From: Mustelus asterias | Taxonomy: Eukaryota | Direction of reading: 5' to 3' | Assembly (NCBI RefSeq): GCF_964213995.1 | Contig: NC_135808.1 | Coordinates: 13,516,001 to 13,580,000 of the forward strand | DNA length: 64,000 bases | Position numbers and translations under genes: made by a program | Notes under the pieces: model-generated | Told to the model about the DNA's origin: nothing | The model's database searches: none | Seen by the model: only the letters and a program-made list of their open reading frames with translations | Shown here: in pieces, positions 49,925-60,921 of the stretch | Numbering within the stretch: the first letter of the stretch is position 1 | Layout of the letters: every line of letters starts with the position of its first letter

Positions 49925-50389
49925 TCCACTTATGTAACTATTGATTTTCAATTTGATCCAATGCTGTTTCACCCCCAATTGCTGCATTTGGTTTATTTAT
50001 GGCCTTATTAGCCACTGTCTTGTGATCTTTGTATCTATACCCCAAGATCCTTTCATTCTTCTATCACTTGTGGACAATTCCTTTCCAAACAGCTTGTGTA
50101 AATGTAGCACCTATTAGCTAGGTTGAAGTTTATTTGCCAGTGATACACTCATTCTGCAAGTTGGTTAGTTACAGCTGGGAGCACAGCAGGTGGTCCAGGA
50201 GTTCAACAGGAACAAAACAGTGGTGGCAGAGACAAACAGACAGACAAAGAAACAGCGAGAGCAGCTGGAGTTCCAGCTGTACAGCGGGAAATCAAACACC
50301 GGCAGAGAGAGCGAGAAAGTACTGAGAGAACTGTGGGAGTGTGGGAATAAAGCAGCAACAAAGAAGAACCGCAGCACTGTGAGAAGAAT

Positions 50390-50582
50390 GGGAGGCCTAA
50401 GAGAGGGGACAGTGGCAGAGAGAGAGAGAGCACTGTGAGAAGAGTGGGAGGTTTGAGAGAGAAAGCAGACAGTGGCAGAGAGAGAGAGAGCACTGAGAGA
50501 AGAGTGGGAGGTTTGAGAGAGAAAGCACACAGTGGCAGAGAGAGAGAGAGCACTGTGAGAAGAATGGGAGGTCTGAGAGAGA
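50390..50582 (+). repeat. 60-bp tandem repeat, about 3 copies, containing (GA)n
   Basis: Lines 50401, 50461 and 50521 align: acagtggcagagagagagagagcactg(t/a)gagaagagtgggagg. Confidence 0.92.
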
Positions 50583-50814
50583 GGATAGTGGGGATAAACA
50601 GTGGCTGACAGAGAGCGTGCTATGGTTTGAGAGCACAGTGACTTCTGTGCAGAGGTAGTGGAGAGAGGGAGACCACTGTGAGATCAACTAAAAAAATACT
50701 GAGTAATGTCACAGGGCAACAATTGGCGAATTGATTCATGAAAATTGAAGTCCTTTTGCTGTAAGTCGGGTAGTGGATTAAACTCGGACTGAGATGTGAT
50801 AAAGTATTGCATTT

Positions 50815-51050
50815 ATAGCTGCAGACACTGTTTAACAGGTATAACATGCTCACTACCTATGAGGAAAAGGAGGAAAGCTGCAGGGGTAACAGCCACAGTG
50901 CAGACTAATACACTGTGTCTCAGAAAGCTGTCCAGTGGGGGGCAATGTAAGAGCAGTATAGAAATGGTAGTAATCAGGACCTCCATGATTTAGAGAATAT
51001 ATCGACCTCTGCAGTCAAGAATGTGAATCTCAGAGTGTGTGCTGCCAACT
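50815..51050 (+). mobile_element. Decayed CR1 ORF1 (SGNH esterase-like) remnant
   Basis: FNRYNML...VVIRTSMI...LCSQECESQSVCC resembles the CR1 ORF1 pattern SNRY...VVGDSIVR...CCLPGA. Confidence 0.5.
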
Positions 51051-51299
51051 GTAGGCTAATTCCAACACCCCCACCCTCCCTCCACCCTCCCGCCACCCCG
51101 CTTTCAAAGGGTGGTGAAAACCTTGGAGTTGGCGAACGAGGTGCACTTGACCGTGCCTGAAGGGGCAAGGAAGGCAGAGATAGTTTCAGTGATAGTTCAG
51201 CATTTAAATTTGTCAGGGGACACAGTGTGTAACATTGGAATTGGCTAAAATTCAATTCTAAATAAAACAGTTGCAATAAGAAAAAGAATTGAAACAGTT

Positions 51300-51866
51300 G
51301 AAACAGACTTAAAGAAATGAAGCAGTGTGAGCCAGTGGGGGTTGTTTAACTGGCAAAGGAAATTATGGTTGAATCTGAAGGAGATGCAAATGAATGGACG
51401 GCCTGCTCAGAAGTTGGTTGATAAGCAAGTATCAGATCTTTTTGAAGATTTTAATTGTGTGGGTAAGGTTTACTCATGTTAATCAATCTTTCATAGTGAG
51501 AAACTCAATCTTTCATGGTGAGAGATGAGGAGATATATGGTTCGGAAGGAGTATTGCCAGAAAAGGTGGTCATATGTGGAAGTGCTGAAGATAGTAACGT
51601 TCTATTATGTAAAGTAAGGTTAGAGAGTCCGGAGAAAAGTGGTGAAGTGGTGGTCGGAGTAATTCAGACAGGGAGACAGTTTACCCTGGGCAACAATATA
51701 GCTGGATTACAGGGGGTTACTGTGGAAAATCAAACAACTGAGGTGTTGCAGGAAGCGTATCATGGGATGTTTCCCGACTGTGCAGTAACAAGATCACAAA
51801 GACACAGGTTGAGGCAGGAGGAGGAGGAATTAAGGAGAAAAGATAAGGAGGCTGAGGTTCCGTTAT
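51300..51866 (+). mobile_element. Gypsy LTR retrotransposon protease-region remnant
   Basis: ORF 51515-51868: PEKVVICG...KVRLESPEKSGEVVVGV...LGNNIAG...FPDCAVTRSQ. Confidence 0.7.
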
Positions 51867-52240
51867 AAGAACATAAGAACATAAGAAATAGGAGCAGGAG
51901 TAGGCCATCTAGCCCCTCGAGCCTGCCCCGCCATTCAATAAGATCATGGCTGATCTGACGTGGATCAGTACCACTTACCCACCTGATCCCCATAACCCTT
52001 AATTCCCTTACCGATCAGGAATCCATCCATCCGCGCTTTAAACATATTCAGCAAGGTAGCATCCACCACCTCAGTGGGCAGAGAATTCCAGAGATTCACC
52101 ACCCTCTGGGAGAAGAAGTTCCTCCTCAACTCTGTCTTAAACCGACCCCCCTTTATTTTGAGGCTGTGTCCTCTAGTTTTAACTTCCTTACTAAGTGGAA
52201 AGAATCTCTCCGCCTCCACCCTATCCTGCCCCCGCATTAT
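51867..52240 (-). mobile_element. CR1 3' end
   Basis: TRGHSLKIKGGRFKTELRRNFFSQRVVNLWNSLP; (ttcttatg)n tail. Confidence 0.92.
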
Positions 52241-52293
52241 CAGAAACAATCTTTCACCTGCTGGGTGATAATGAACAAGAACAGGTGGAGGAC

Positions 52294-53039
52294 GTCATGA
52301 CACCACACAACCCTGCCACAGCAACCTCTGCAAGACGTGCCGGATCATCGACACGGATGCCATCATCTCACGTGAGAACACCATCCACCAGGTACACGGT
52401 ACATACTCTTGCAATTCGGCCAACGTTGTCTACCTGATACGCTGCAAGAAAGGATGTCCCGAGGCATGGTACATTGGGGAAACTATGCAGACGCTGCGAC
52501 AACGGATAAATGAACACCGCTCGACAATCACCAGGCAAGACTGTTCTCTTCCTGTTGGGGAGCACTTCAGCGGTCACGGGCATTCGGCCTCTGATATTCG
52601 GGTAAGCGTTCTCCAAGGCGGCCTTCGCGACACACGACAGCGCAGAGTCGCTGAGCAGAAACTGATAGCCAAGTTCCGCACACACGAGGACGGCCTCAAC
52701 CGGGATATTGGGTTCATGTCACACTATTTGTAACTCCCACAGTTGCGTGGACCTGCAGAGTTTCACTGGCTGTCTTGTCTGGAGCCAATACACATCTTTT
52801 TAGCCTGTCTTGATGCTCTCTCCACTCACATTGTTTCGTTTCTTAAAGACTTGATTAGTTGTAAGTATTCGCATTCCAACCATTATTCATGTAAATTGAG
52901 TTTGTGTCTTTATAAGCTCTGTTTGTGAACAGAATTCCCACTCACCTGAAGAAGGGGCTAAGAGCTCCGAAAGCTTGTGTGGCTTTTGCTACCAAATAAA
53001 CCTGTTGGACTTTAACCTGGTGTTGTTAAACTTCTTACT
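52294..53039 (+). mobile_element. Penelope-like element 3' part (GIY-YIG domain plus terminal repeat)
   Basis: NVVYLIRCKKGCPEAWYIGETMQTLRQRINEH...HEDGLNRDIGFMSHYL. Confidence 0.92.
52943..52979 (+). ncRNA. Minimal hammerhead ribozyme motif
   Basis: CAC-CTGAAGA-A-GGGGCT-aag-AGCTCC-GAAA-GC-TT^GTG. Confidence 0.8.
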
Positions 53040-53319
53040 CTCTTCTGCAACACCCATCCTCCTGTGCCCACCCTCCCTGGCCTCACCCAATCAACCTGCC
53101 CTAAGACCCCCCACATTTTCCTGGTCCAGGACCCCAGGGACTGGGATTGTGGGCAGTGCTTCCAGTCCCAGTCCTGTCCACTACAGCTTTAGATGTTGCG
53201 GGGCCGAGGGAGCTGAGAGACAATCTGATCGGCCTGCAGCTCTCTGAGGCGGAGGGGCAGAAGTCACTGTTTTAAAGCAACACAAAACTAAACTAATCCA
53301 ACAGGAACACAGCCCCTTC

Positions 53320-54732
53320 AAAGAGCAAAGAACAAAGAACAATACAGCACAGGAACAGGCCCTTCGGCCCTCCAAGCCTGCACCGATCATGTGTTCCTAA
53401 CTAGACCATCCGTTTGTATCCCTCTATTCCCAGTCTGTTCATGGGGCTATCTAGATAAGTCTTAAATGATCCTAGTGTGTCTGCCTCAACCACCTTGCTT
53501 GGTAGTGCATTCCAGGCCCCCACCACTCTCTGTGTAAAATATGTCCCCCGCATATCTGTATTGAACCTTGAACTTCTGACCCCTTGTGTTTGTCATTTCT
53601 GACCTGGGAAAAAGCTTCCAACTGTTCATCCTATCTATGCCCTTCATAATTTTATAAACTTCTATCAGGTCGCCCCTCAACCTCCGTCTTTCCAGGGAGA
53701 ACAACCCTAGTTTACTCAATCTCACCTCATAGCTAATACACTCCATACCAGGCAACATCCTGGTAAACCTTTTCTGCACTCTCTCCAAAGCCTCCACGTC
53801 CTTCTGGTAGTGTGGCGACCAGAACTGGACGCAGTATTCCAAATGTGGCCTAACCAACGTTCAATATAACTGTAACATCGTATGCCAACTGTTATACTCT
53901 ATGCCCCTTCCAATAAAGGCAAGCATGCCATATGCCTTCTTCACCACCTTTTCCACCTGTGCTGCCACCTTTAAGGATCTGTGGACTTGCACATCCAGAT
54001 CCCTCTATGTGTCTATACTCTTGATGGTTCTGCCATTTATTGTATAGCTCCCCTTTACATTAGATCTACCAAAATGCACCACTTCACATTTATCTGGATT
54101 AAATTCCATCTGCCATTTCTCTGCCCAATTTTCCAGCCTATCTATATCCTGCTGTATTCTCTGACAATGTTCATCACTATCCGCAACTCCTGCAATCTTT
54201 GTGTCGTCCGCAAACTTACTAATCAGACCAGCTACATCTTCTTCCAAATCATTTATATATATCACAAATGGCAGAGGTCCCAGTACAGAGCCCTGTGGAA
54301 CACTACTAATCACAGACCTCCAATCAGAAAAAGACCCCTCCACTGCTACCCTCTGTCTTCTATGGCCAAGCCAGTTCTGTACCCATCTAGCTAGTTCACC
54401 TTTGATCCCGTGAGATTTAACCTTTTGCACCAGCCTGCCATGAGGGACTAAAATCCATGTTGGTGACATCCACAGCCCTTCCCTCGTCAATCATTTTTGT
54501 CACCTCCTCAAAAAACTCAACCAAATTTGTGAGGCATGACCTCCCTCGTACAAAACCATGTTGTCTATCGCTAATGAGACTATTCAGTTCTAAATGTGTG
54601 TAGATCCTATCTCAAAGAATCTTCTCCAACAATTTCCCTACCACGGCGTCAAGCTCACTGGCCTATAATTACCCGAGTTATCCTTGCTACCCTTCTTAAA
54701 TAACGGGACCACATTTGCTATCCTCCAATCCT
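53320..54732 (-). mobile_element. CR1-clade LINE, 5'-truncated, decayed
   Basis: ORFs 54005-54490 (VPQGSVLGP, KFADDTK) and 53486-53857. Confidence 0.93.
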
Positions 54733-55172
54733 GCAGTTTAATCAAGCCATCTTTGGGGTAGTATACTTGAACCTGGGGTATCCTCTTGTTTTATGTGGGT
54801 TATTTAAAGGTTAATAGTGTTGTTATTAATAAACTTGTTGAACCTTTACTTGTGTTTGTCCTTTGTCCATCTTGCAAATAAGGGCACCGGGGTAAAACCT
54901 TGTAGTAAGCAAACTGGTCGAAAGTATCTGAGAATTAACAGGTACAACAGTGGCGACCCAAGTGGGACTTAGATAAGAAGTGATACGTTGCTCCGAAGTC
55001 GAACCTTCAACCCGGTATTCTCCAACACTCTGTCTGAGCCTGAATTAAGAGGGCAGCTGCCCCATGTGACGGCCAGTCTTAAGTGAGTGAAGGACTAATA
55101 CAGATTCGACCAGTAAATTGGGCCATAAACCTGGTGTCTGTAACACAAGGTGGACAAACTGTGTAGTTAGAA

Positions 55173-55824
55173 TTATCTACCAGGTACACGGTACATACTC
55201 TTGCAACTCGGCCAATGTTGTCTACCCGATACGCTGCAGGAAAGGATGTCCCGAGGCATGGTACATTGGGGAAACCATGCAGACGCTACGACAACGGATG
55301 AATGAACACCGCTCAACAATCACCAGGCAAGACTGTTCTCTTCCTGTGGCGGAGCACTTCAGCAGTCACGGACATTCAGCCTTGGATCTTCAGGTAAGCG
55401 TTCTCCAAGGCGGCCTTCACGACACACGACAGCGCAGAGTCGCTGAGCAGAAACTGATAGCCAAGTTCCGCACACATGAGGACGGCCTAAACCGGGATGT
55501 TGGACTTATGTCACATTATCAGTAACCCCCACAGCTTTCACCCTGATCTTGCAGAATCTTACTAGCTGTTCTGTCTGGAGACAATATACATATTGTCTCC
55601 AGACAATGTTCCCTCCACCCACATTATCTGTACCTTTAAGACCTGGCTGGCTGTAGAGATTTGCATTCTAATTAGTATTCTGTAACTTGATTTCTGTGTC
55701 TCTGTGCACTGTTGGAGAACAGATTTTCACTCCATCTGACGAAGGGGCAGCGCTCCGAAAGCTTATGGTATTTGCTACCAAATAAACCTGTTGGACTTTA
55801 ACCTGGTGTTGTGAGACTTCTCAC
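55173..55824 (+). mobile_element. Penelope-like 3' part with 11-bp TSD
   Basis: GIY-YIG ORF 55118-55525 (WYIGETMQTLRQRMNEH); tgtagttagaa at 55162-55172 and 55825-55835. Confidence 0.9.
55732..55768 (+). ncRNA. Minimal hammerhead ribozyme motif with covaried stem I
   Basis: CCAT-CTGACGA-A-GGGGC-agc-GCTCC-GAAA-GC-TT^ATGG. Confidence 0.82.
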
Positions 55825-57281
55825 TGTAGTTAGAACTAGAACAGTCTAGGGAATTTGGGTAAAGTCTAAGGGCGGGAATTTAGTGAAAACCGGACCCCTA
55901 CCCCGATCCCTTACCTATACTCAAGTGACGAATCCTAAAAGGAAATAATTATGGCCAGTCATGCTGAACGGGAGGAAGTTCTCTGTTTATATTTGAACCA
56001 CAAGTGGCCAAATGGGTGACGCCCATCCCCACCCCAGTGAGTGGGGATATATACTCCACTCACTCATCCAATGGCAGGAAGGGAAATGCTAAATAAATAT
56101 CCCGGCCAGGGTCTGTTTCCCTTGAAAAGTGAAGGTTAAAGGGGAACTAATGGAGGCATTAAAATTATCAAAAGTTAAAATGCATGTGGGGAGAGCTCCC
56201 TCTTGTGGGGAAAGAGCATAACTAAAGGCCATCAATGTAAAACTGCCAAGATTTCAGAAGACATGTCCTGACCCAAAGAGTGGTGAGAATGTGGAACTTG
56301 CTATCACAGGGAATGTTTGAAGCAAATAATTTAGATGCATTTAAGAGAAAGCCAGGAAAGTGTTTGAGAGAGATGGTTACAATGATAGGTTTAAATAAGG
56401 AAAAGTGGGAGGAGGTTTCAGTGGAGCAGAAACACCAGCATGCACGGTGTGGACCGAGTTATCATCCACATATTTTGAATTTGTATTCCGAATTTCACTG
56501 TTCAGGTTATTTATGCAAATTCTGGACAGCAGTAATCCCAGCACTGATCCTTGGTGAACACAACACCGCACCTTTCGTCTGTTCAGCTAACCAGCGTCAG
56601 CCCCTTGCTCAGTTTTCTGTTTTGTAGTTACCTTGCTATGCATTCTGCTACTTTTCACTGGCTCCATGGATTTCCCATCCCATTGCTGAAAGAGATGCTG
56701 CAAAACTCATTCCATTTGAGGTGGAATTTCTAACCCCTGCCTGTGTTTTACAGGGTGGGCTGGGGGTTGGGAGGGGAGGGGGGGGGGGGGGGGGGGGGTG
56801 GTGTACTGCTTGCCCCGCTCCCAGAAGAAAAGTTGGTCCAGAACTCACTGACGCCACCCCACATAATGTGCCCTGAGTACCTTTTAAGGTGGTGAGGGTC
56901 GGGATTTGTCCCTCAGTTATGGGGCTCAATAGTCCAAACGGCAAGCAGCCTATAGTGGGTGCCACTTGCCACCCATATTTTGGGGAGCAGGGTGAGCGGG
57001 AAGGCAGTGAGCCAGATAGCCAACCTATCTGTCCTGACCCATCGCTCTGTGAGAAACACACCCAACCGGGTTCTGTGGTGAGCTAAGGGCACAGATTGTG
57101 CTCCGATTGGATGTGGTCAGTTCCTGAAGGGAGGAGCTGGAGGAGGGAGGGGAGGGGAATTCTCAGCACAGCCAGGGTAGGAGGTGGGAAAGACACTCCC
57201 AACATTTCACACCCCTCCCCCCAGGGGAACATCACTGTGCCCACATTTTCCCACCTTCCTCATCAGGCTCATATCTGGTAT

Positions 57282-57471
57282 TTCTTTTGATACCAATCAA
57301 GTAAACGAACTCAAATTAACTTAGGGACAAAGTAAAAGGGGCGGCTCCCCAAAAGGAAGGGGGGAACAGCCCGAACCAAAAACAAAGTCGAAAGCAAACT
57401 TAAAACGTCAAACCAAAAGGTGATTATCGGGGTCGATAATACACCCCAGCCCCTGCGGCGCCCAGCGGTCG
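57282..57471 (-). mobile_element. Very short Tx1/L1-clade 3' end with 12-bp TSD
   Basis: Minus strand DRWAPQGLGCIIDPDNHLLV* plus T-rich UTR; catatctggtat at 57270-57281 and 57472-57483. Confidence 0.75.
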
Positions 57472-57582
57472 CATATCTGGTATCTTACTCAAAGCCTTTC
57501 AGAAATTTCAATAGTTTGAAACAGTTTAACTAATTTTCCAGAATCCCCTTCCTGAAAGGAAGAGTTTAATGTGAATTCTTAC

Positions 57583-57975
57583 CTGTCCCGTTATAGACTG
57601 TCAGAGTCACATTGCCTTTTCTGGTTGTGCCCTCAGCATTAATATAAACAGAGATCACATAGACCCCACTGTCATTCGTCTGTACATTCCGCAATAACAA
57701 GGATCCATTGTCTGGATAGAGGTGAACTCGGTCCTGGTAGGAAGGAGATGTCACCAGGTGAACTGAACACTTATACCCGGATCTGTCAGGGTCTGGAGAG
57801 CAGTTTGATCGGATCAGTGTCAAAAGTGCAGTGTTCCCGGGGAATAAACTCCACTCTAACCTTAAAGAGGAGTTGTGTAGAGGAGTGGAATAGGAGACAG
57901 GGAGAAGGACAGACTGGTTCACTGTCCCATTCACTTCCCTCTGATGGACCGTCACAGTAACACTGCTTCCCGAGG
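57583..57975 (-). CDS. Exon encoding an Ig V-set domain (CD2/SLAM/CEACAM/HEPACAM-like, no canonical B-F Cys pair) of an ITIM-bearing receptor gene
   Basis: Acceptor ttttcctttctgttgttgcag| and donor CAG|gtaaga; 393 bp, phase 1-1. Translation SGSSVTVTVHQREVNGTVNQSVLLPVSY...LEWSL...YQDRVHLYPDNGSLLLRNVQTNDSGVYVISV...GNVTLTVYNGT has V-set hallmarks (C-strand W, D-strand R, NGSLLL, DSGxY). Overlaps ORF 57566..57955. Confidence 0.92.
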
Positions 57976-58299
57976 CTGCAACAACAGAAAGGAAAAGTGA
58001 ATTAGTTTTCAGTCACATTCGACAGTATTCCCCGTCAGTAAATTAAACTCTGCACAAAAAGAGAAATGGGAGTGAACTGAGACAAGTGGAAATTGAGGCA
58101 ACATCTGTGGAGAATTTAGCGTGGCCAATGCACCTAACCAGCATGTTTCTCGGACTGTGGGAGGAAACTGGAGCACCCAGAGGAAACTCACGCTATTATT
58201 GAGATATTGCAGAAAGTGTAGCATTGAATAGAAAGGGAATAAGGGGAAGGGGAAATAGAATACACAGTAATCCCACACCGGGAAAGTAATGGAATAGTC

Positions 58300-58750
58300 T
58301 GTTAAAGGGTTAATAGTCACACAAGTTTAAAAATCACACAGGGTGAAAAACAAAGGTCTTCTGATAAGAGCCTTCACAGACAGACAGCAAGGCCATTAGC
58401 CTGGCAAAGCACATAAATCAGACATCTGTAACTAGAAAATGGGAGTGATCCACATACAGAAACGAGCTGTACTATCAAGTTTTCTTACTGATTGGATATT
58501 ATAATGAAGCAAGCGTAAAGTGATTGTGATTGGTTTATGCTAATTACTTGTAATCGATTTTGAAAACTTTAATAGCCTTCGTATTTTGGAATACGCCACT
58601 CTGGCTAGCGACAGAGATGTGAACTGTAGCTTCCCAGCGTCCTTGCTATAGTTTGTATTAAAACAGCTGTTTAAAAGAACTCTGTTACTTATCTTGTTAC
58701 TCGAAGGGTAAGGTTGTGATCAATTAAAAGGCTGACATCAAAGCCCGCAA
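58300..58750 (+). mobile_element. LTR-like repeat (same family as 20235-23065)
   Basis: tgttaaagggttaatagtcacacaagtttaaaaatca start; gattggtttatgctaattacttgtaatc block; ends near caaca. Confidence 0.55.
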
Positions 58751-58869
58751 CAATCGGAAAATCTGAGATAGAAATCAAAGGCATTTTCAGGTAGGACTTG
58801 ACTTTATGTAACATTGCTGCTCTAAAACCGGTGTTAGTGATCCATTCACAGAAATTCACCAAAAATCCT

Positions 58870-59175
58870 TAGAAAGCACCTTCCAACCCAAGACCACTTC
58901 CATCTAGAAGGGCAGCAGATATATAGCAACACCACCACCTACAAATTTTCCTCCAAGCCACTCACTACCCTGACTTGGAAATATATCGCCATTCCATCTC
59001 AGTTGCTGGGTCAAAATCTTAGAATTCTCTCCCTAATGGCAAAGTGGGTAAACCCACAGCACGTGGACTGCAGCGATTCAAGAAGGCAGCTCACTGCACC
59101 TTCTCAAGGGCAACTGGGGATGGGCAATAAATGCTGGCCAGCCAGTAATGCCTCTGTCCCATGAATGAATGAGAA
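58870..59175 (+). mobile_element. LINE 3' end sharing its tail with SINE family 2 (second copy 59780-59930)
   Basis: GSKSWNSLPNGIVG...GLQRFKKAAHHLLLKGN* followed by ggatgggcaataaatgctggcc. Confidence 0.75.
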
Positions 59176-60312
59176 AAAACTCTCTCAATCCTAATTTCCA
59201 TTGGCTTCAATAAATAAAAGAAGTTGCCAACTCACACAAAACCAAGACTTGTATATTGTGAATGCCTCTCAATTCTCCAATCGTTACATCACCCACCTCC
59301 TACCTATATCACTCTGACATTTAACAATCTCCTGTGCTTCACTTAACGTACTCTGGTGTTGCCCTGTGTGTGCATTTTCTCACATTTCTCTTGTCCTATC
59401 TCTTTGTAACTGCTTTATCATCTCTATTATATTTCAGTTTGGAGACAATTGCCCTATTCTTGGGGCCTGAGTAGTTATTGCCAATCTCTAGTTGTCTGAA
59501 GACAGTGCTAGCGGTTTAAGATTTGATATGATTGAGTGGCTTCAGAGGGCAGTTCAGAGTGAACCATGCTATTGAGAGACTGCAGTCATATATAAGTCCA
59601 GACAGGGAATGGCGAAGCTGTTATGTTGTTATGAATTCATATTGATTATTACTGATACCCACTTTTGATTGCTACCTTTTGAAATTAAATTCAAATTTTC
59701 AAACTGCCATGGTGAGACTTAAACCCCCATCCTCAGAATTATTAATCCAGGCATCTGGAAGTAGCAATTCTAATAATACACATCCCTTCGCAGTCTCTGG
59801 GTCAAAATCCTGGAATTCCCTCCCTAATGGCATTGTGGGTCAACTCACAACACGTGGACTGCAGCGATTCAAGAAGGCGGCTCACCACCTCCTTCTCAAG
59901 GGCAACTAGGGATGGGCAATAAATGCTCTATACCCAAAAGTCCAACTGGCTTGTGTTCCCTTCTGCAAAAAACGACTGATGTTTGTTGTTCAAATGTTTT
60001 ACGGATATGGGGCAAGTTTGGAACAGGAAACTGGAACAGGTTTGAGGGTCTAAACAGTATCCTCCTGTTCTTACGTTCTAGTAATTCCTGCATTTGCTTT
60101 TTGTTTTGGGGAGGTTGCCCACATTGACAGGAAAAATAGAAAATTTGTATGCTAATTAATGAGAGGGATTGCAAAACTCAGTGGAACAGAAGGATTCTGG
60201 TATCGCAAATGGAATGTTGACATTTACTGTCAAGATAATTGAATATAACACGAGGGATATTTTACTGCAGCTGTTAATGCCCTGGTTATGGGGGGAAGAT
60301 AGGTATCATGGA

Positions 60313-60634
60313 ATAGAATCATAGAATCCCTACAGTGCAGAAGGAGGTCATTCAGCCTATTGAGTCTGCATCGACCACAATCTCACCCAGGCCCTAATCC
60401 GGTAACCCCATATATTTATTCTGCTAATCCCCCCAACCTCCGGTCAATTTAGCATGGCCAATCAACCTAATCTGCGCATCTTTGGACTGTGGGAGGAAAC
60501 CGGAGCACCTGGAGGAAATCCATGCAGACACGGGGAGAATGTGCAAACTCCACACAGGCAGTGAGGTCGGAATTGGACCCAGGTCCCTGGCGCTGTGAGG
60601 CAGCAGTGCTAACCACTGTGCCACCGTGCCGCCC
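60313..60634 (-). mobile_element. HE1/V-SINE type A
   Basis: Full-length copy. Confidence 0.9.
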
Positions 60635-60921
60635 TGGAAAATGCAAATTGGAGTTGAGACCACAATCACATAAGCCATGATCTTAATGAATTCCTATGTT
60701 CCGAAATGCTGGATAAACTCAGCAGGTCTGGCAGCATCCGTGGAGAGAGAAACGGAATTAACCTTTTGAACCTGTATGACTCTTCTTCAGAACTCTAGAT
60801 CTTCAGTTTATGGCCTATTGTCTCAGGAGGTAGCAATAAGTTGGGATGGTTTCTCTGCCTTCATGCTACTGAACACCTTCAGAATTTCCTTTCAACAAAC
60901 AAGGTCCACTAATGGAATATG

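Larger units (their letters stand above)
54733..56110 (+). mobile_element. LTR element 5' region: LTR end (…caaca, 54949), primer-binding site 54951-54968, leader, interrupted by a PLE
   Basis: TGGCGACCCAAGTGGGAC follows the LTR-like end and matches 16/18 of the complement of a vertebrate tRNA-Arg(CCG) 3' end (TGGCGACCCAGATGGGAC, recalled from memory). Confidence 0.6.

Noticed and set aside
57583-57975. Calling the gene PDCD1, CEACAM1, HEPACAM or VSTM5, or a rearranging Ig/TCR V segment
   Set aside because: It lacks the canonical Cys pair of PD-1 and antigen receptors, has no RSS and includes its own G strand. Similarity to the other families is only motif-level, so no symbol is assigned.
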